Below are positions 63,468 to 64,000 of a DNA stretch of 64,000 nucleotides, one piece after another. Position numbers and translations under genes: made by a program. Position 1 is the first letter of the stretch, and every line of letters starts with the position of its first letter. Under the pieces are notes generated by a model that saw only the letters and a list, made by a program, of their open reading frames with translations, had not been told where the DNA came from and ran no database searches. Origin of the DNA: Lingula anatina (Eukaryota; Animalia; Brachiopoda); assembly GCA_051362555.1 (NCBI GenBank), contig CM120640.1, forward strand, positions 43,440,788 to 43,504,787, in the 5' to 3' direction.

Positions 63468-64000
63468 ATGCAGAGTGCCATACCTTCAGGCTGTGTGTTA
63501 CACAGACTGATATTCTTTACCACACTAGTGTTGTCTGCCACCGGTCAGTTTGGAGGTCCAGTCCGACAACAACAGCCACCCCCTGGACCCCCTCCACTAC
63601 AGCAATGTCCATTTGCCTCGGCCTGTGACTGCCGCGTGGGGCCCCCCAGCAACATGGGGCGTGTGTGGGAAGTGGTGTGTGGAGAAAGAAACATCGGACC
63701 GAACGTTCCAGAGTTTACAGAGGACCCGGAGTTGATTCCAGACGCCAAGCAGGTGAACCTGACTTACAACAGTATAGCTGTGATTCAGAACAATGCTTTC
63801 AGCAAACTGGTAAGCAACGGGGCAACATGGTTCCTCCAGGTATTTTTAGAATATAACCAAATTGATAAAATTGAAGATGATGCATTTGCTGGGGCAGAAA
63901 GTTCCATAACTGTTCTTAGCTTAGCACATAACCGACTAACAACCATTCCTCCTGCCATCACTAAACTTAAAGGCTTGATCACACTTAACCTGCAAGATAA
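63468..64000 (+). CDS. Extracellular leucine-rich-repeat protein (signal peptide, LRRNT cap, LRRs), nested antisense in a USP24 intron; 3' truncated by the window
   Basis: Open frame from ATG 63468 to the window end: MQSAIPSGCVLHRLIFFTTLVLSATG..QQQPPPGPPPLQQCPFASACDC..EVVCGERNI..VNLTYNSIAVIQNNAF..VFLEYNQIDKIEDDAFAG..LSLAHNRLTTIPPAITKLKGLITLNLQD. TTTCAG acceptor at 63442. Confidence 0.9.
   Translation, partial: MQSAIPSGCVLHRLIFFTTLVLSATGQFGGPVRQQQPPPGPPPLQQCPFASACDCRVGPPSNMGRVWEVVCGERNIGPNVPEFTEDPELIPDAKQVNLTYNSIAVIQNNAFSKLVSNGATWFLQVFLEYNQIDKIEDDAFAGAESSITVLSLAHNRLTTIPPAITKLKGLITLNLQD

Noticed and set aside
1-64000. CRISPR arrays, prokaryotic operons, defence systems, rRNA or tRNA genes
   Set aside because: The DNA is spliceosomal-intron-rich animal sequence. 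I recognised no repeat-spacer arrays, cloverleafs or rRNA-like blocks.

Overview
AT-rich, intron-dense eukaryotic (metazoan, probably lophotrochozoan/mollusc-like; the taxon is an inference) genomic DNA. No prokaryotic features are present. Manual exon joining supports ten protein-coding loci. In order: the 5' end of a TMEM101-like gene (-), head-to-head with a 29-coding-exon VPS18 (+); a complete 14-exon CATSPER4 (+); a secreted spaetzle/cystine-knot-like protein (+); EBNA1BP2/EBP2 (+), tail-to-tail with FAM183/CFAP144 (-), which is head-to-head with FZR1/CDH1 (+); an intronless TAL1/SCL-family bHLH (+) behind a ~6 kb CpG-rich non-coding region; the 3' part of USP24 (-); and an antisense extracellular LRR gene nested in a USP24 intron and missing from the ORF track. 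Points worth a second look: a CatSper4 with six S4 arginines, a candidate U12 intron in VPS18, a GC-AG intron in USP24, the nested LRR gene, an E-box/Ets/Ets/GATA/RUNX cluster upstream of TAL1, apparent synteny with human 1p, a TAGGCCTA palindrome cluster, and a mosaic CpG-depletion footprint. I found no clear, wholly new biological system. All homologies are from recalled sequences, not database searches, and exon coordinates were counted by hand.
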